A DNA stretch of 64,000 nucleotides from Candidatus Kerfeldbacteria bacterium (GCA_047946875.1 CP181398.1:574514-638513); one strand, 5' to 3'; positions 1 through 10,330 are shown, counted from the first letter of the stretch. Notes: a model not told the origin generated them from the sequence alone. Numbers and translations are program-made.

Positions 1-411
1 TGTACTAAAAAAATACCTCCACCATCGTTGAGGATTAGATATTTTTTCATTATTATTATTTAATGCTAATTTATTTGTACTATTAATATTTAATTCATCC
101 AAATCAACCGAATCACCTAATACCGCTACTACAGACTCACCAGGCTTTTGTAAACCAAGTTTTAATCTTGCCTGCTCCTCTTTAAATGTATCACTATCAA
201 AATATTCAACCAAACTACTTAATTCAATATTTTGTTGTTCCAACTCAGTTAATTCTTGTTGCAATTGATTCACTTCCTTCTCAACAGAGTATTTTCTCAC
301 TATTTCTTTAACTAAAGCCGTTGTAAAAAAAACTAAGACCAAAATCTCTGCTACAATTAGCACTTTTGATCTCAATAATCTCTTAATAAATGGTATTTGT
401 ATTTTCGGCAT
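1..411 (-). CDS. FtsB/DivIC-like septum formation initiator (partial; C-terminus runs off the window)
   Basis: ATG at 409-411 on the minus strand, then an open frame down to position 1. It is absent from the ORF track because it has no stop inside the window. Translation MPKIQIPFIKRLLRSKVLIVAEILVLVFFTTALVKEIVRKYSVEKEVNQLQQELTELEQQNIELSSLVEYFDSDTFKEEQARLKLGLQKPGESVV... This shows an N-terminal TM helix, a coiled coil and the LGLxKPGE motif typical of FtsB/DivIC. Confidence 0.5.
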   Translation of the reverse strand, partial: MPKIQIPFIKRLLRSKVLIVAEILVLVFFTTALVKEIVRKYSVEKEVNQLQQELTELEQQNIELSSLVEYFDSDTFKEEQARLKLGLQKPGESVVAVLGDSVDLDELNINSTNKLALNNNNEKISNPQRWWRYFFST

Positions 412-543
412 TTTTACCTTAAAAAACGTGTTACTAATTTTTTAGTAAATATAAAGTAACACAATTTATTAAATAAGTCAATTTTTATATAAATAAAAAC
501 CTTGCCTTTAATTAAAAAGACAAGGTTTACTAAAATAGCTATT

Positions 544-3500
544 TTACTCCTTATTTTCAATGCACCATCTGTAGGCATTTTGAAAAGGCAATAACCATGG
601 ACTAGCATCAAAATCACTAAATTCTTCAGGCATCCAAGGCCACTGCCAAGGTAAAAATACTCTTTCTGGATGAGGCATCATAGCTAAATGACGACCATCT
701 GGAGAACATAATGCAGCTATTCCCATCGGACTACCGTTAGGATTGTCAGGATAAATCTCAGTAATATTGCTATCATTATCAATAAACCTAATCGGAGCAA
801 GTTTATTATCCAAAATATAATTGGTAATACTATCACTCTTACAATGATAACGACCTTCACCATGCGCTACCCAGACTCCAAGTTTTGAACCAGACATTCC
901 TTTTAACATAATCGAAGGACTATCTTCAATAATGATTGTAGAAAATCTTGATTCAAATCTCTCAGAAATATTTCTGATAAACCTAGGCTGGTTATCAAGA
1001 TCAATATTCTGATGTGGAATCCATCCAAGTAATGCCATTAACTGACATCCATTGCAGATACCGAACGAGAATGTATCGGGGCGTTTATAAAATCTATCAA
1101 ACTGATCCATGAGATGATCATTAAATTTTATTACACCAGCCCAACCTTTCCCGGCATCCATTACATCAGCAAAAGAAAAACCTCCAACAAATGCAATTCC
1201 CTGAAAAACATCAAGAGTTATCTTGTTGTTAAGCAGATCATGCATTGTGACATCCCAAACTTCAAAACCAGCCATAAAAAATGCAGAAGCCATTTCCTTA
1301 TCACCATTACTACCTCGCTCTCGCAAAATAGCAACTTTTGGTTTTTCATTTGACTCAATGATATATTGAGAAGTTTTCTCCGGAGTAAAGGTTACTGAAT
1401 ATGGTGGCGGAGCAATCCTAGTTAGATTGAGATCAAACTCAGATTGAACACAGGCAGGATTTGTTTGTAATTTATCCAACTCCATACTTGTTGTTTCCCA
1501 AATTGCTCTTAACTCTACCATTGGTTTACTCAGCACTGAGCCACCGTCATGGTTAATGTTGACTTGGCCACCTCGTTTACCAACATGGCCAATCAAGAGA
1601 TAAGGAATATCATACTCTCTCAATATTTTCACAACTTTATTATAATCAGAACACTCGATTAATATTCCAGCTTCTTCATTGAATAAAGTTTGAATTATAT
1701 TATTAGACAGCAGATTAACATCTACACCAACATTCCCAGCGAAAGCCATCTCAAGTAAAGAGACTATCAAACCACCATCACTCTTATCGTGTAATGAGAA
1801 TATTAGTTTTTTCTCAACTAACTCTTGTATTACATTAAATGAAAGCTTTAGTAATTCGACATCATCTATGTCAGGAGATTCATCACCTATCTGTTGGAAT
1901 ACTTGCGCTAAAGCAGATCCACCAAGCCTATCTTTGCCACCGGACAAATCAATAAATATAATTTCACTGCCAGGTTTCTTGAAATCTGGTGTGACTTTAC
2001 AAGTTATATCATCTACTGTGGCATAGCCAGTAATCACTAATTCAGGAGGAGCTTTGACAATATGAGTATTACCATCAGGACCTTTTGTTTTAGCTGCCAT
2101 AGATAGACTATCTTTACCGCCATCTATAGCTATACCTAGCTTGATCATGATATCACGAACGGCACAGGCTGCCTTATACAACCAAGCACCTTCACCAGGT
2201 TCTTTAGCAGCTAACATCCAATTACCAGAACATTTGATATCTTCTAACTGAGTTATCTTAGTTCCTGATATGTTTAATAACATCTCGGAAACTGACAAAC
2301 GAGCTGCTGCTTCCGGGGAGATCAAACCTTTGTTTGGTTGTTCTCCAATACTTGAAGCGATACCCGAGATATCAAAATGACTTTGTGCTACAACTGCGCA
2401 GTCAGCCAAAGTAATATGATTCGGACCAACACATTGTTGTTGGGCAATCAAACCAGTCACGCTTCTATCAACTTTTGTTGTTAAAAAGCGTTTTGATCCA
2501 ACCGAAACTAAACGCAGTACTAAATCTAATGCACTGGCTACCGTTAAATCTTGTGGTAGTTCCAATGGTTTTAAGGTTGGTAAGATTGTTTCAAGTTTGA
2601 AAGTCTTACGAGGCAATTTACCCAGCACTTTATCAAGTGGTAAATTCACTGGTGTGGTCCCATCATTCTTATCAAAAAGAATAAATAAACCATCTCCTGT
2701 CACCTGACCAATCAAAGCACATGGCGCATCTTCTCTATCACATATTTCCTTCACTTGATCAAAACGATCAGAACGAATTAAAAAAACTATCCTTTCTTGG
2801 CTTTCATTACAATGAATTTCATAATCAGATAAAGTTGCATCGCCTACTGGTATAGATCTCAAATCGATAACCGCACCAGCTGGATTAACAAGTTCGGGAA
2901 CAGCATTACAATCACCGCCCGCACCTAAATCAACCACTAACTCAACAGGATTATCATCACCTAGATTCACAAAAGTTTGAATGACTCTTGCAAGTCTATT
3001 TTCCATTTGAGCATTGCCGCGTTGGACAGAAGCAAAATCAAGCTCTGCTTCATTTTCACCAGAAATCATTGAGCTTGCAGCACCGCCACCAACACCAATA
3101 CGATAAGCTGGACCACCCACTTGGACGACCAACATATCTTTCTTTGGTTTACCCACTTTACTATGTGCATCATCATATTGTCCAATACCACCAGCCAGCA
3201 TAAGAGGCTTAAACCAACTGCGATACCCATCCGGCAAATCAATTCCAAAAGTTCGAGCATACCCATAAATTACAGGCACACCATAACAATTGCCATAGTC
3301 TGAAGCACCATTACTGGCTTGGATCATTATATCCAAAGGTGAAGCAAGATTTGGTGGATATTCCCAACCGTCGTTTTCCCAAGGCAAATCATATCCTAGA
3401 ATATGTAAATTACCAGTGCAGTAACCGGCGTTTGCAGCAATAACCAAACCACCAAGTCTCATTGCTAAGATATCTCTGAGCCAACCACCTATACCAGTTG

Positions 3501-4449
3501 CCGCACCTTGATAAGGTTCAACACCAGTAGGATGATTATGAGTTTCCACCGATAATATTGGATGGTAGGTTCTGATAACTTGAATAAAGTTAGAAACCAA
3601 TCCTGGCGTACTAGGTAAAATAGTTCTTACTATTTTACCATTGATTGCCGAACTGTCATCGCCAAATGCCACATTAGAATTGCCTGGATTAACCTTCCAA
3701 GGTTTTTTTATAATGTACATAAGACTATGAGGCATTTTCTTACCATCAATATAGAATCGACCAGTAAAAAAACCATGGCGCGAGTGTTCCGAATTAGAAT
3801 TACCCAGCTGACCCATTTCAACATTATTAGTATCTCTCTGAAGAAAACTTACAAATAAATCTAGATATATTTGTAAATCTTGCAAATCCATACTCAGTCC
3901 TAACTGCTTGTTGATAGCAGTCAAGGCAGCTTCGCCCTGACCCATAACTGGAACAATTTGAACCGGCTCTATAATAGCACCAGATTCAAAGTTTTCTAAT
4001 GGTTTAGAATATTCTGTCTCCGTCATTCGATCACAGTACTTAGATAAAAAATCACTTTGCTCATTTTGGTTTAATTCAACACTAAAACCAAAACGACGAG
4101 ATTTTTCCAGTCTCACAACTTTGTCTAAGCCACAAGAATGACAAATTGAAACAGCAGAAGAAGACCAAGCAGTTTCGAAATTAAGACGAGGCCCAATTTC
4201 TAAAACTGTTTTACAATCATCCAAATTACTTGTTTGACTAAAGTAATCCTCTTCAAAAGTTTCACTTAACAACCATTTCAATTTTTCTAGCTCTGTAAAA
4301 GTTAACTTTGAACCGTTTTTAATTTCAACATAAAAACACCACTCAGTTATTAACTTTAAATCACGAATAAAATCAATTCTAAAATTATTTATAATCTTAG
4401 AGATCATTGATTCGCTTAAAGCGGGTTTCCGATAAAATCGAATTATCAT
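544..4449 (-). CDS. purL: phosphoribosylformylglycinamidine synthase, single-chain large form (FGAM synthase)
   Basis: 1301 aa ORF with N-terminal PurL/AIR-synthase-related domains and a C-terminal class I glutamine amidotransferase (FGICNGCQLMALLGWIP with the catalytic Cys). GGAG sits 8 nt upstream of the ATG. Confidence 0.95.
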   Translation of the reverse strand: MIIRFYRKPALSESMISKIINNFRIDFIRDLKLITEWCFYVEIKNGSKLTFTELEKLKWLLSETFEEDYFSQTSNLDDCKTVLEIGPRLNFETAWSSSAVSICHSCGLDKVVRLEKSRRFGFSVELNQNEQSDFLSKYCDRMTETEYSKPLENFESGAIIEPVQIVPVMGQGEAALTAINKQLGLSMDLQDLQIYLDLFVSFLQRDTNNVEMGQLGNSNSEHSRHGFFTGRFYIDGKKMPHSLMYIIKKPWKVNPGNSNVAFGDDSSAINGKIVRTILPSTPGLVSNFIQVIRTYHPILSVETHNHPTGVEPYQGAATGIGGWLRDILAMRLGGLVIAANAGYCTGNLHILGYDLPWENDGWEYPPNLASPLDIMIQASNGASDYGNCYGVPVIYGYARTFGIDLPDGYRSWFKPLMLAGGIGQYDDAHSKVGKPKKDMLVVQVGGPAYRIGVGGGAASSMISGENEAELDFASVQRGNAQMENRLARVIQTFVNLGDDNPVELVVDLGAGGDCNAVPELVNPAGAVIDLRSIPVGDATLSDYEIHCNESQERIVFLIRSDRFDQVKEICDREDAPCALIGQVTGDGLFILFDKNDGTTPVNLPLDKVLGKLPRKTFKLETILPTLKPLELPQDLTVASALDLVLRLVSVGSKRFLTTKVDRSVTGLIAQQQCVGPNHITLADCAVVAQSHFDISGIASSIGEQPNKGLISPEAAARLSVSEMLLNISGTKITQLEDIKCSGNWMLAAKEPGEGAWLYKAACAVRDIMIKLGIAIDGGKDSLSMAAKTKGPDGNTHIVKAPPELVITGYATVDDITCKVTPDFKKPGSEIIFIDLSGGKDRLGGSALAQVFQQIGDESPDIDDVELLKLSFNVIQELVEKKLIFSLHDKSDGGLIVSLLEMAFAGNVGVDVNLLSNNIIQTLFNEEAGILIECSDYNKVVKILREYDIPYLLIGHVGKRGGQVNINHDGGSVLSKPMVELRAIWETTSMELDKLQTNPACVQSEFDLNLTRIAPPPYSVTFTPEKTSQYIIESNEKPKVAILRERGSNGDKEMASAFFMAGFEVWDVTMHDLLNNKITLDVFQGIAFVGGFSFADVMDAGKGWAGVIKFNDHLMDQFDRFYKRPDTFSFGICNGCQLMALLGWIPHQNIDLDNQPRFIRNISERFESRFSTIIIEDSPSIMLKGMSGSKLGVWVAHGEGRYHCKSDSITNYILDNKLAPIRFIDNDSNITEIYPDNPNGSPMGIAALCSPDGRHLAMMPHPERVFLPWQWPWMPEEFSDFDASPWLLPFQNAYRWCIENKE

Positions 4450-4652
4450 GACATTTCTCCATATATTTAGTTTTCAAATTACAATTTTTGTATTTTATTT
4501 AGTCGTTAAAATTACCATTTATAATGATAAATAGTCAAATTCGATAAGATGTATATTCTATGAATTATATTGTGTCCACAATACCAAGATGTTATATCAA
4601 AAAACACCTCCTATTTATTGAAAGGTGTTTTTGGTTATTTCTTTATACCCTT

Positions 4653-5831
4653 TTAATCAATAGGGTTATTTCCGCTATCAATCTCAATTTTATCATCATA
4701 ACCGTCACCGTCTGTATCAGACTTATTATCGTTAGTTTGATAAACCAATTCTAAATAGTATGGGAGCCCATCATTATCATTATCTAAATCAATATCATCT
4801 TTTGCTACACTTTCCATATTTATAATATCAATTTCTCCTTTTTCTAATCCATCTTGGAAAACTAATTCTCTTATCATAAAAAAATAATACATTCTAAAAA
4901 ACGGAAACCTTACAATAATTGCGTCATCTTTTGTAAATCCTGGGGGGTAATCTATTTTCTCTGGACCAAAAACCATTCCAAAATAATAATACTGTCCATC
5001 ATCAATTACTGGAGTTAATACAAAGGGATTATTTTCCATCTCTAATATTCTATTTTTTATATCTTCGTTAATATCCAAATCCTTTATTAACTCCTCGTTA
5101 GAATTAAGCAAAAAATCACCATCGGCAAATTGAAATTGCTCGTCAGGTCGCACGTTAAAATCTATACGCATAAAATCAAGGTCATCTTGAGAAGAATAAT
5201 TAATTCGATTTTGAAATGCACTATATACTTCCTTAACTCTATCACCTACTAAAGAATGAAAAGCTGGCTGAAATTGTTCATTAGTTGATCCCCTTAATTC
5301 TTCAAGTCTATTGCCCCACGCTAGTAACTTAACATAATCATCCCAATATATTTCACTAATCCCAACATTTTCTAGTACTAATTTTTTATTATCACCAGTG
5401 TACTTTCCATTTATTAAATTTATATACTCTGTAATGGGTTTAAGTTCAATCCCCATTCTTATAATTGCTTCCTCAACTACATATCTATTTATAAATAAAT
5501 TTAAAGCAATAATTTCTTTTGGAGTTTTATTTAAATCTACTGGCATAATAAACTGCTGTTCCATACCTATAATAAATCCAGCCAGAGAATAGTTTGTTTC
5601 CATTTCACCTAACATTTCAACAATTCTTTCAAATTCAGTCTTATTAATATTATTATTAAAAACGGTTGCTATAGTATTGGCATCAACACTATTAATATTT
5701 ATATTTTCTATAACGGAATTATTGACATCAGATATATCTGACACTTCATTATTATTGACAGATAAATAATAAAATACGCCTCCTCCTATCAATACAACAA
5801 TGATAATAATTAAAATTAATATTTTATTCAT
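4653..5831 (-). CDS. hypothetical exported or membrane-anchored protein with a C-terminal Ca-binding-like DxDxDG acidic tail
   Basis: 392 aa with an N-terminal hydrophobic helix (ILILIIIIVVLIGGGVFYYL) and a C-terminus ...DTDGDGYDDKIEIDSGNNPID. AAAGGAG lies upstream of the ATG. I recognise no family. Confidence 0.55.
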   Translation of the reverse strand: MNKILILIIIIVVLIGGGVFYYLSVNNNEVSDISDVNNSVIENININSVDANTIATVFNNNINKTEFERIVEMLGEMETNYSLAGFIIGMEQQFIMPVDLNKTPKEIIALNLFINRYVVEEAIIRMGIELKPITEYINLINGKYTGDNKKLVLENVGISEIYWDDYVKLLAWGNRLEELRGSTNEQFQPAFHSLVGDRVKEVYSAFQNRINYSSQDDLDFMRIDFNVRPDEQFQFADGDFLLNSNEELIKDLDINEDIKNRILEMENNPFVLTPVIDDGQYYYFGMVFGPEKIDYPPGFTKDDAIIVRFPFFRMYYFFMIRELVFQDGLEKGEIDIINMESVAKDDIDLDNDNDGLPYYLELVYQTNDNKSDTDGDGYDDKIEIDSGNNPID

Positions 5832-6035
5832 ATTTTTATACTCCTTTGTTAATAATATATATAAACCCCCATAATATAGTTATACATTGGCACCTCACCC
5901 TCATGTGGTACACCCCCTAATCGCTATATATTATCTCTTAGCTTTATTATATGACTTATGGATAGTTTTGGCTATCCTAAAGGGAATATGTGTTGTATTG
6001 CGTCCACAATACCAGGATGTTATAGATTATAAATT

Positions 6036-7265
6036 TTATGCATGACTCCCTGCCACATATCCAGTTGTCCAACACAATTGCAATGAATACCCACCAGATG
6101 GCCTACTTATATGCAATAAATCACCTGTTACATAAAGATTGTCATACAAACGTGAACGCATAGTTTTACCATCCACTTCTTTGATAGAAACCCCCCCATC
6201 TGTTATTACAGCTCGATTAGCCCCCATCAATCCAGTGATTGTAGCAGGCATTGCTTTGAGTAAATTTACTATCTCTTTTCGTTGCTCTTTGGTAACACTA
6301 TGAACCTTAATATCTGGATCAAAAGTTAGCATTGAAAGTAAAGCATCAGTTATACCATCAGGAGTAATTTCTGAAAAAATATTTATTAGAATTTTATTTT
6401 TATTTGCATTAAATACTTTTGTGATTCTTTTATCAAGAGTACCGAGATCTGTGTCAGGATAAGCGTCAATCTCCATGGTAACTTCTCCTTCATGTAATAG
6501 CTTGTAAACTTTTGCTGCCAAGTTTAATATCATTGGTCCAGAAAATCCAAAGTGTGTAAATAAAATTTTTCCCTTCTTCTTGATTACGCTCTTGCCATCT
6601 ACAAAAAAAGTAACCTTAATAGCTGATAGAGAAACTCCTGATAATTTTTTTACCCAAGATTCCTTTACAGCCAACGGGACTATGGTAGGTGTTGAGTCTT
6701 CAACAGTATGCCCTAATTTTTTTAACCATGTAAAACCATCTCCCGTTGAGCCAGTCTCAGGATGAGATTTACCTCCAGTAGCAAGAATAAAAGAAGTTGC
6801 CGTTATTTTTTTACCATTTACGATAATATGAGACACTTTCTTATTACTGCCTACTATTTCATCTACATTTACACCCTTTCTTACTTCCACTCCACCTTCT
6901 TTCATATATCGTTCCATAGTTTTGGAAACATCATTTGCTTTTTCCGATTCTGGGAAAGCTCTCTTTCTTGCTTGGACTACTAGGGGTAAATTTTGTTTGG
7001 CAAAAAAATCAAATGTATCTTCCATACCAAATTGATTAAATGAAGAATATAAAAAATTCTTTGCGTTTCCATAATTTGATAACAAGATTGTTTCTGATTC
7101 TTCTGCGTTGGTGATATTACATCTTCCGCCACCAGAGATATCTAACTTAACTCCAAGTTCTTTATTTTTTTCCAACAACAAAACACTCTTACCACGACTA
7201 GCGGCAGTACCTGCAGCCATCATCCCTGATGGACCTCCTCCGATTACAATTATATCGTATTTCAT
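6036..7265 (-). CDS. FAD-dependent flavoprotein of the HI0933/YhiN family (NAD(P)/FAD-dependent oxidoreductase)
   Basis: 409 aa. The N-terminal DIIVIGGGPSGMMAAGTAASRGKSVLLLEKN Rossmann motif followed by GGGRCNITN is the signature of the HI0933/YhiN family. Confidence 0.8.
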   Translation of the reverse strand: MKYDIIVIGGGPSGMMAAGTAASRGKSVLLLEKNKELGVKLDISGGGRCNITNAEESETILLSNYGNAKNFLYSSFNQFGMEDTFDFFAKQNLPLVVQARKRAFPESEKANDVSKTMERYMKEGGVEVRKGVNVDEIVGSNKKVSHIIVNGKKITATSFILATGGKSHPETGSTGDGFTWLKKLGHTVEDSTPTIVPLAVKESWVKKLSGVSLSAIKVTFFVDGKSVIKKKGKILFTHFGFSGPMILNLAAKVYKLLHEGEVTMEIDAYPDTDLGTLDKRITKVFNANKNKILINIFSEITPDGITDALLSMLTFDPDIKVHSVTKEQRKEIVNLLKAMPATITGLMGANRAVITDGGVSIKEVDGKTMRSRLYDNLYVTGDLLHISRPSGGYSLQLCWTTGYVAGSHA

Positions 7266-7288
7266 ATATAACAGTATACCAAGAAATT

Positions 7289-8620
7289 CTATCTACCGAA
7301 AGAAAAATCCTCCATAACAATATTATCTTTTTTTAATCCTTGCTCAATTAATTTTTTCTGATAATCATTCATCATCTGATGCGGACCACATAAAAATACT
7401 ACCGTATTATCAATCTTTCTCACTCTCTTCATAACAGTATCAACGGACAATCTCCCTTGATTATCAGAACATTGATTTATATAGAAAGAATCAGGGATCT
7501 TACCCAAGACACCAGTTAACTCAATGTCTAGACAAGCATCGTTCTTGGTCTTGGTACAATAATATAAGCTTACCCACTGACCATTATTCTTTTTGGCAGC
7601 ATCTTTTACCATGCTAACAAATGGCGCCACTCCAACCCCGCCTCCAATAAATATTAAATCTTTGTCATCTGATAATTTATCTGAGAATCTACCATAAGGG
7701 CCATAAATTTCAGCCTGATCTCCTATTTTTAAATTATCCAAACTAGAAGTGTAATCTCCCAATATTTTAATAGCAAATGATAATTCATTTTCATCCACAT
7801 GAGAAGTAATTGAGAATGGATGCATTTCTTTTTTAACTTCACTATCAAAATAAGTAATGTATGCAAATTGCCCTGGATTATATTTCATTTTATTACCCTC
7901 TGGTTCGAAGCTAACTAAATACGTATCACTTTTCTTTACTATCTTACTTACCTTATATTTATACTTAGCCGCTAATGATTTATAAAAAAATTGAATATAA
8001 ATATAAGCTGCTAACCCTGTTCCCCCTACTGCCATCATCCAATATCCTAACAATGGATAAATAGATGTATCACTAGGAGTACCTAGCATATGGAAATATC
8101 CAAATAACAGAGCTAAACCATAGAATTTATGAGTAAATCTCCATCGTTCGTAAGTTAATTTAATATACAGGGTTATTACTGTTAAAATTATAAATAACCA
8201 AAAACCAATAATACCAACATCTAAAGGAAGTTGTCCATTGGTTGGTAGAAAAAACTTAAGATTAAATATTTTATCTGGGAAATTCATCAGAGCTAACGTA
8301 ATAGGATGCACAATCAATAAAACTATTCCATAAATACTTACTTTTTTATGAATGGCATATACCTTATCAAGGCCACCAAACATATATTCCACAAAATGAA
8401 GTCGACTACTAAGTAGCATACTCCAACTTAATAACGTCATTCCAAATAAAGAAGCTATCTGAGAAATCAATAGCATTGGATAAGAAGTTATTTCTAGCCA
8501 AAAATCAGTTTTTGCTAAAAACCACAAAATCATTGTAGTATGAAGAGTAATAACAATCAATAAATTACCTACTCTATAAATTGGCTTACTTTTTTTTATT
8601 TTAATTTTTTCTTCTGCCAT
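7289..8620 (-). CDS. ferric reductase / NADPH-oxidase (NOX/FRE) family protein: bis-heme transmembrane domain plus FAD- and NAD-binding domains
   Basis: 443 aa. The N-terminal TM domain has His pairs spaced 13-14 residues apart in two helices (IHKK...VHPIT and FTHKF...YFHML). It is followed by HPFSITS (FAD-binding, FNR-type), GGGVGVAPFVSMV (NAD-binding) and a C-terminal FLCGP motif. Confidence 0.7.
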   Translation of the reverse strand: MAEEKIKIKKSKPIYRVGNLLIVITLHTTMILWFLAKTDFWLEITSYPMLLISQIASLFGMTLLSWSMLLSSRLHFVEYMFGGLDKVYAIHKKVSIYGIVLLIVHPITLALMNFPDKIFNLKFFLPTNGQLPLDVGIIGFWLFIILTVITLYIKLTYERWRFTHKFYGLALLFGYFHMLGTPSDTSIYPLLGYWMMAVGGTGLAAYIYIQFFYKSLAAKYKYKVSKIVKKSDTYLVSFEPEGNKMKYNPGQFAYITYFDSEVKKEMHPFSITSHVDENELSFAIKILGDYTSSLDNLKIGDQAEIYGPYGRFSDKLSDDKDLIFIGGGVGVAPFVSMVKDAAKKNNGQWVSLYYCTKTKNDACLDIELTGVLGKIPDSFYINQCSDNQGRLSVDTVMKRVRKIDNTVVFLCGPHQMMNDYQKKLIEQGLKKDNIVMEDFSFGR

Positions 8621-9099
8621 ATTACATATCCTAAGATTGCTATTAAGGGTAAAAATATTGCAATCAAACCTTTTATTAATTTACTTTTATCTTTATCCTC
8701 TTCTACAGAAGTTGCAACAACTTCCGCTATCTTATTGTCGTCAGTATTACTAACCGTATTTATATTTGTATTAACTGAATCAGTAGAAATGCTACTATTA
8801 GTATTAGAGATTGTATTAGTATTTACTGAAGTATCATCCACTACATCCTCTGTAGGCTCAACAGCTGTAACTTCTTCTACAATCTCTGCAGTTGCATCAA
8901 CCCTATCTTCTGGAGCTAACTGAGAATGATCGCAAAGACCATCATTATCTGTATCTACATATCTAGGACATTCTCCTGGATAAGGATCATCAACTAAACC
9001 AAATGGACAGTCATCCCAAGCTAAAACTTCTGTTACTCCAGAGAATATTGAAAATAATATTACTAGCGAAACAACAGAAACTTTTATATACTTGGTCAT
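8596..9099 (-). CDS. small exported Cys/Asp-rich protein with a C-terminal membrane anchor
   Basis: 167 aa with a signal peptide (...TEVLA|WDD). The mature domain reads CPFGLVDDPYPGECPRYVDTDNDGLCDHS: four Cys plus a DxDxDG Ca-binding-like loop. A Thr/Ser/Asn-rich linker and a C-terminal TM helix plus KKKLK follow. Its stop overlaps the start of the ferric-reductase gene by 25 nt. Confidence 0.55.
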   Translation of the reverse strand: MTKYIKVSVVSLVILFSIFSGVTEVLAWDDCPFGLVDDPYPGECPRYVDTDNDGLCDHSQLAPEDRVDATAEIVEEVTAVEPTEDVVDDTSVNTNTISNTNSSISTDSVNTNINTVSNTDDNKIAEVVATSVEEDKDKSKLIKGLIAIFLPLIAILGYVIWQKKKLK

Positions 9100-9107
9100 A
9101 GTTTTAA

Positions 9108-9752
9108 TTAATTACATTTATCAAAAGCTGGTAAATGTTTATCATCTGAAGCATTCATTAAACTAGTAAATATTGTGGTGATATCTTCATAGTCAGTAAC
9201 CGCTGGCAATAACTCATCAGAATATAATGCAGCATTGGCAATCTCGGCCTCTACACCTAACTGACATGAATCAGTAATAGTTACAGGTACTGTCAAAGCG
9301 CTTACATCATAAGGATCGGCAGGAATAGTAGCACCATATTTATCATAAATAGCTTTCAATGAAGAAATATGCTGCTCCTCTGCTCGAATAATCATTGAGA
9401 AAGGTCGGACAGATCCATATTCAGCAATCACTGCTTCATAAGTAGCTCGAGCTTTATATTCATCATCGATAGCTTTATCTAGTGCAGTCAAGACTTCACT
9501 CTCCAACTCTGATACCGGGTAATCAAGATTATCAACCTTTAGACAATCATCAGCGACACAGTTTGATTTAGTAACAATTTCATCGACTACTATATCATTG
9601 TTATATGTAGTATTTATATTAGTATCACTAGCAACAGTGTTTATAACTGCTGTTTCGGTTGTCGTAGAATCATCTGTAATTGTACAACCTGATAAAAATA
9701 TTGCTCCGATGGCTAGCACACCGACTAGTGCAAACAACTTTAAATGTTTCAT
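9108..9752 (-). CDS. lipoprotein with a ferritin-like DUF2202 domain
   Basis: 214 aa with a lipobox (LSGC). DEYKARATYEAVIAEYGSVRPFSMIIRAEEQHISSLKAIYDKYG matches the DUF2202 ferritin/rubrerythrin-like signature. Confidence 0.7.
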   Translation of the reverse strand: MKHLKLFALVGVLAIGAIFLSGCTITDDSTTTETAVINTVASDTNINTTYNNDIVVDEIVTKSNCVADDCLKVDNLDYPVSELESEVLTALDKAIDDEYKARATYEAVIAEYGSVRPFSMIIRAEEQHISSLKAIYDKYGATIPADPYDVSALTVPVTITDSCQLGVEAEIANAALYSDELLPAVTDYEDITTIFTSLMNASDDKHLPAFDKCN

Positions 9753-9805
9753 ATTATATTATTTATTATTAATTTGATATTGATATTATTACACAATTTG
9801 TTAAA

Positions 9806-9840
9806 TTTATCTATATTAGTATAATGCCTCTTTCATTAAC
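9806..9840 (-). terminator. terminator after the GC-rich secreted-protein gene
   Basis: 11-bp stem GCCTCTTTCAT...ATGAAAGAGGC, followed on the minus strand by an A/T-rich tract. Confidence 0.4.
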
Positions 9841-9889
9841 ACTTGTCATATGAAAGAGGCACAAACTAGGGATAAAGGGGTGTATTTAT

Positions 9890-10330
9890 TTAATTGTCTA
9901 AATCACAATTCCCGTCTCCGGCACCACCTTGTCCTTGACCTCCGCCGGTACCGCTACCGCCTCTTTGGCCAAAACCCATTTCACCTGAATGTGGTCCGTC
10001 GCCTGAAGCTATCATAGCATCACGTGCTGCTACTCGCTCGGAAATTTCTTCCTCACTTAAGCCGCGTTCTGCCCATCTGTCCATAGCTTTAGCACTCATC
10101 TGAGCATGCATTTCATCTATATCAACTCCCTGTTGTAGGGCGATTTCTTCGAAATCCATTGTCTCGTGAGCAACTGTTAATTCATCTACTGTCATTCCGA
10201 ATACTTCGGCTTTTGTCTCCATCATGCGATCAGAACCGGATCCGTTGTCACTAGCAGCTAGAGCAACGGCTCCGCCCACGAGGGTAAATGCAGTAAGACC
10301 AAGAACAGCGCTAAAGATATATTTTTTCAT
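9890..10330 (-). CDS. hypothetical secreted protein encoded by a GC-rich (about 50%) gene
   Basis: 146 aa with a signal peptide (AVALAAS) and a Gly-rich C-terminus (GGSGTGGGQGQGGAGDG). Codon usage and GC content differ sharply from the neighbouring genes. Confidence 0.6.
   Translation of the reverse strand: MKKYIFSAVLGLTAFTLVGGAVALAASDNGSGSDRMMETKAEVFGMTVDELTVAHETMDFEEIALQQGVDIDEMHAQMSAKAMDRWAERGLSEEEISERVAARDAMIASGDGPHSGEMGFGQRGGSGTGGGQGQGGAGDGNCDLDN

Noticed and set aside
1114-3303. Track ORFs nested inside or antisense to purL: 1114..1353 (+), 2988..3203 (+), 3066..3266 (-) and 3121..3303 (+).
   Set aside because: They lie entirely within the well-supported 1301-aa purL frame. Their products are low-complexity translations with no motifs. 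They are spurious overlapping ORFs.
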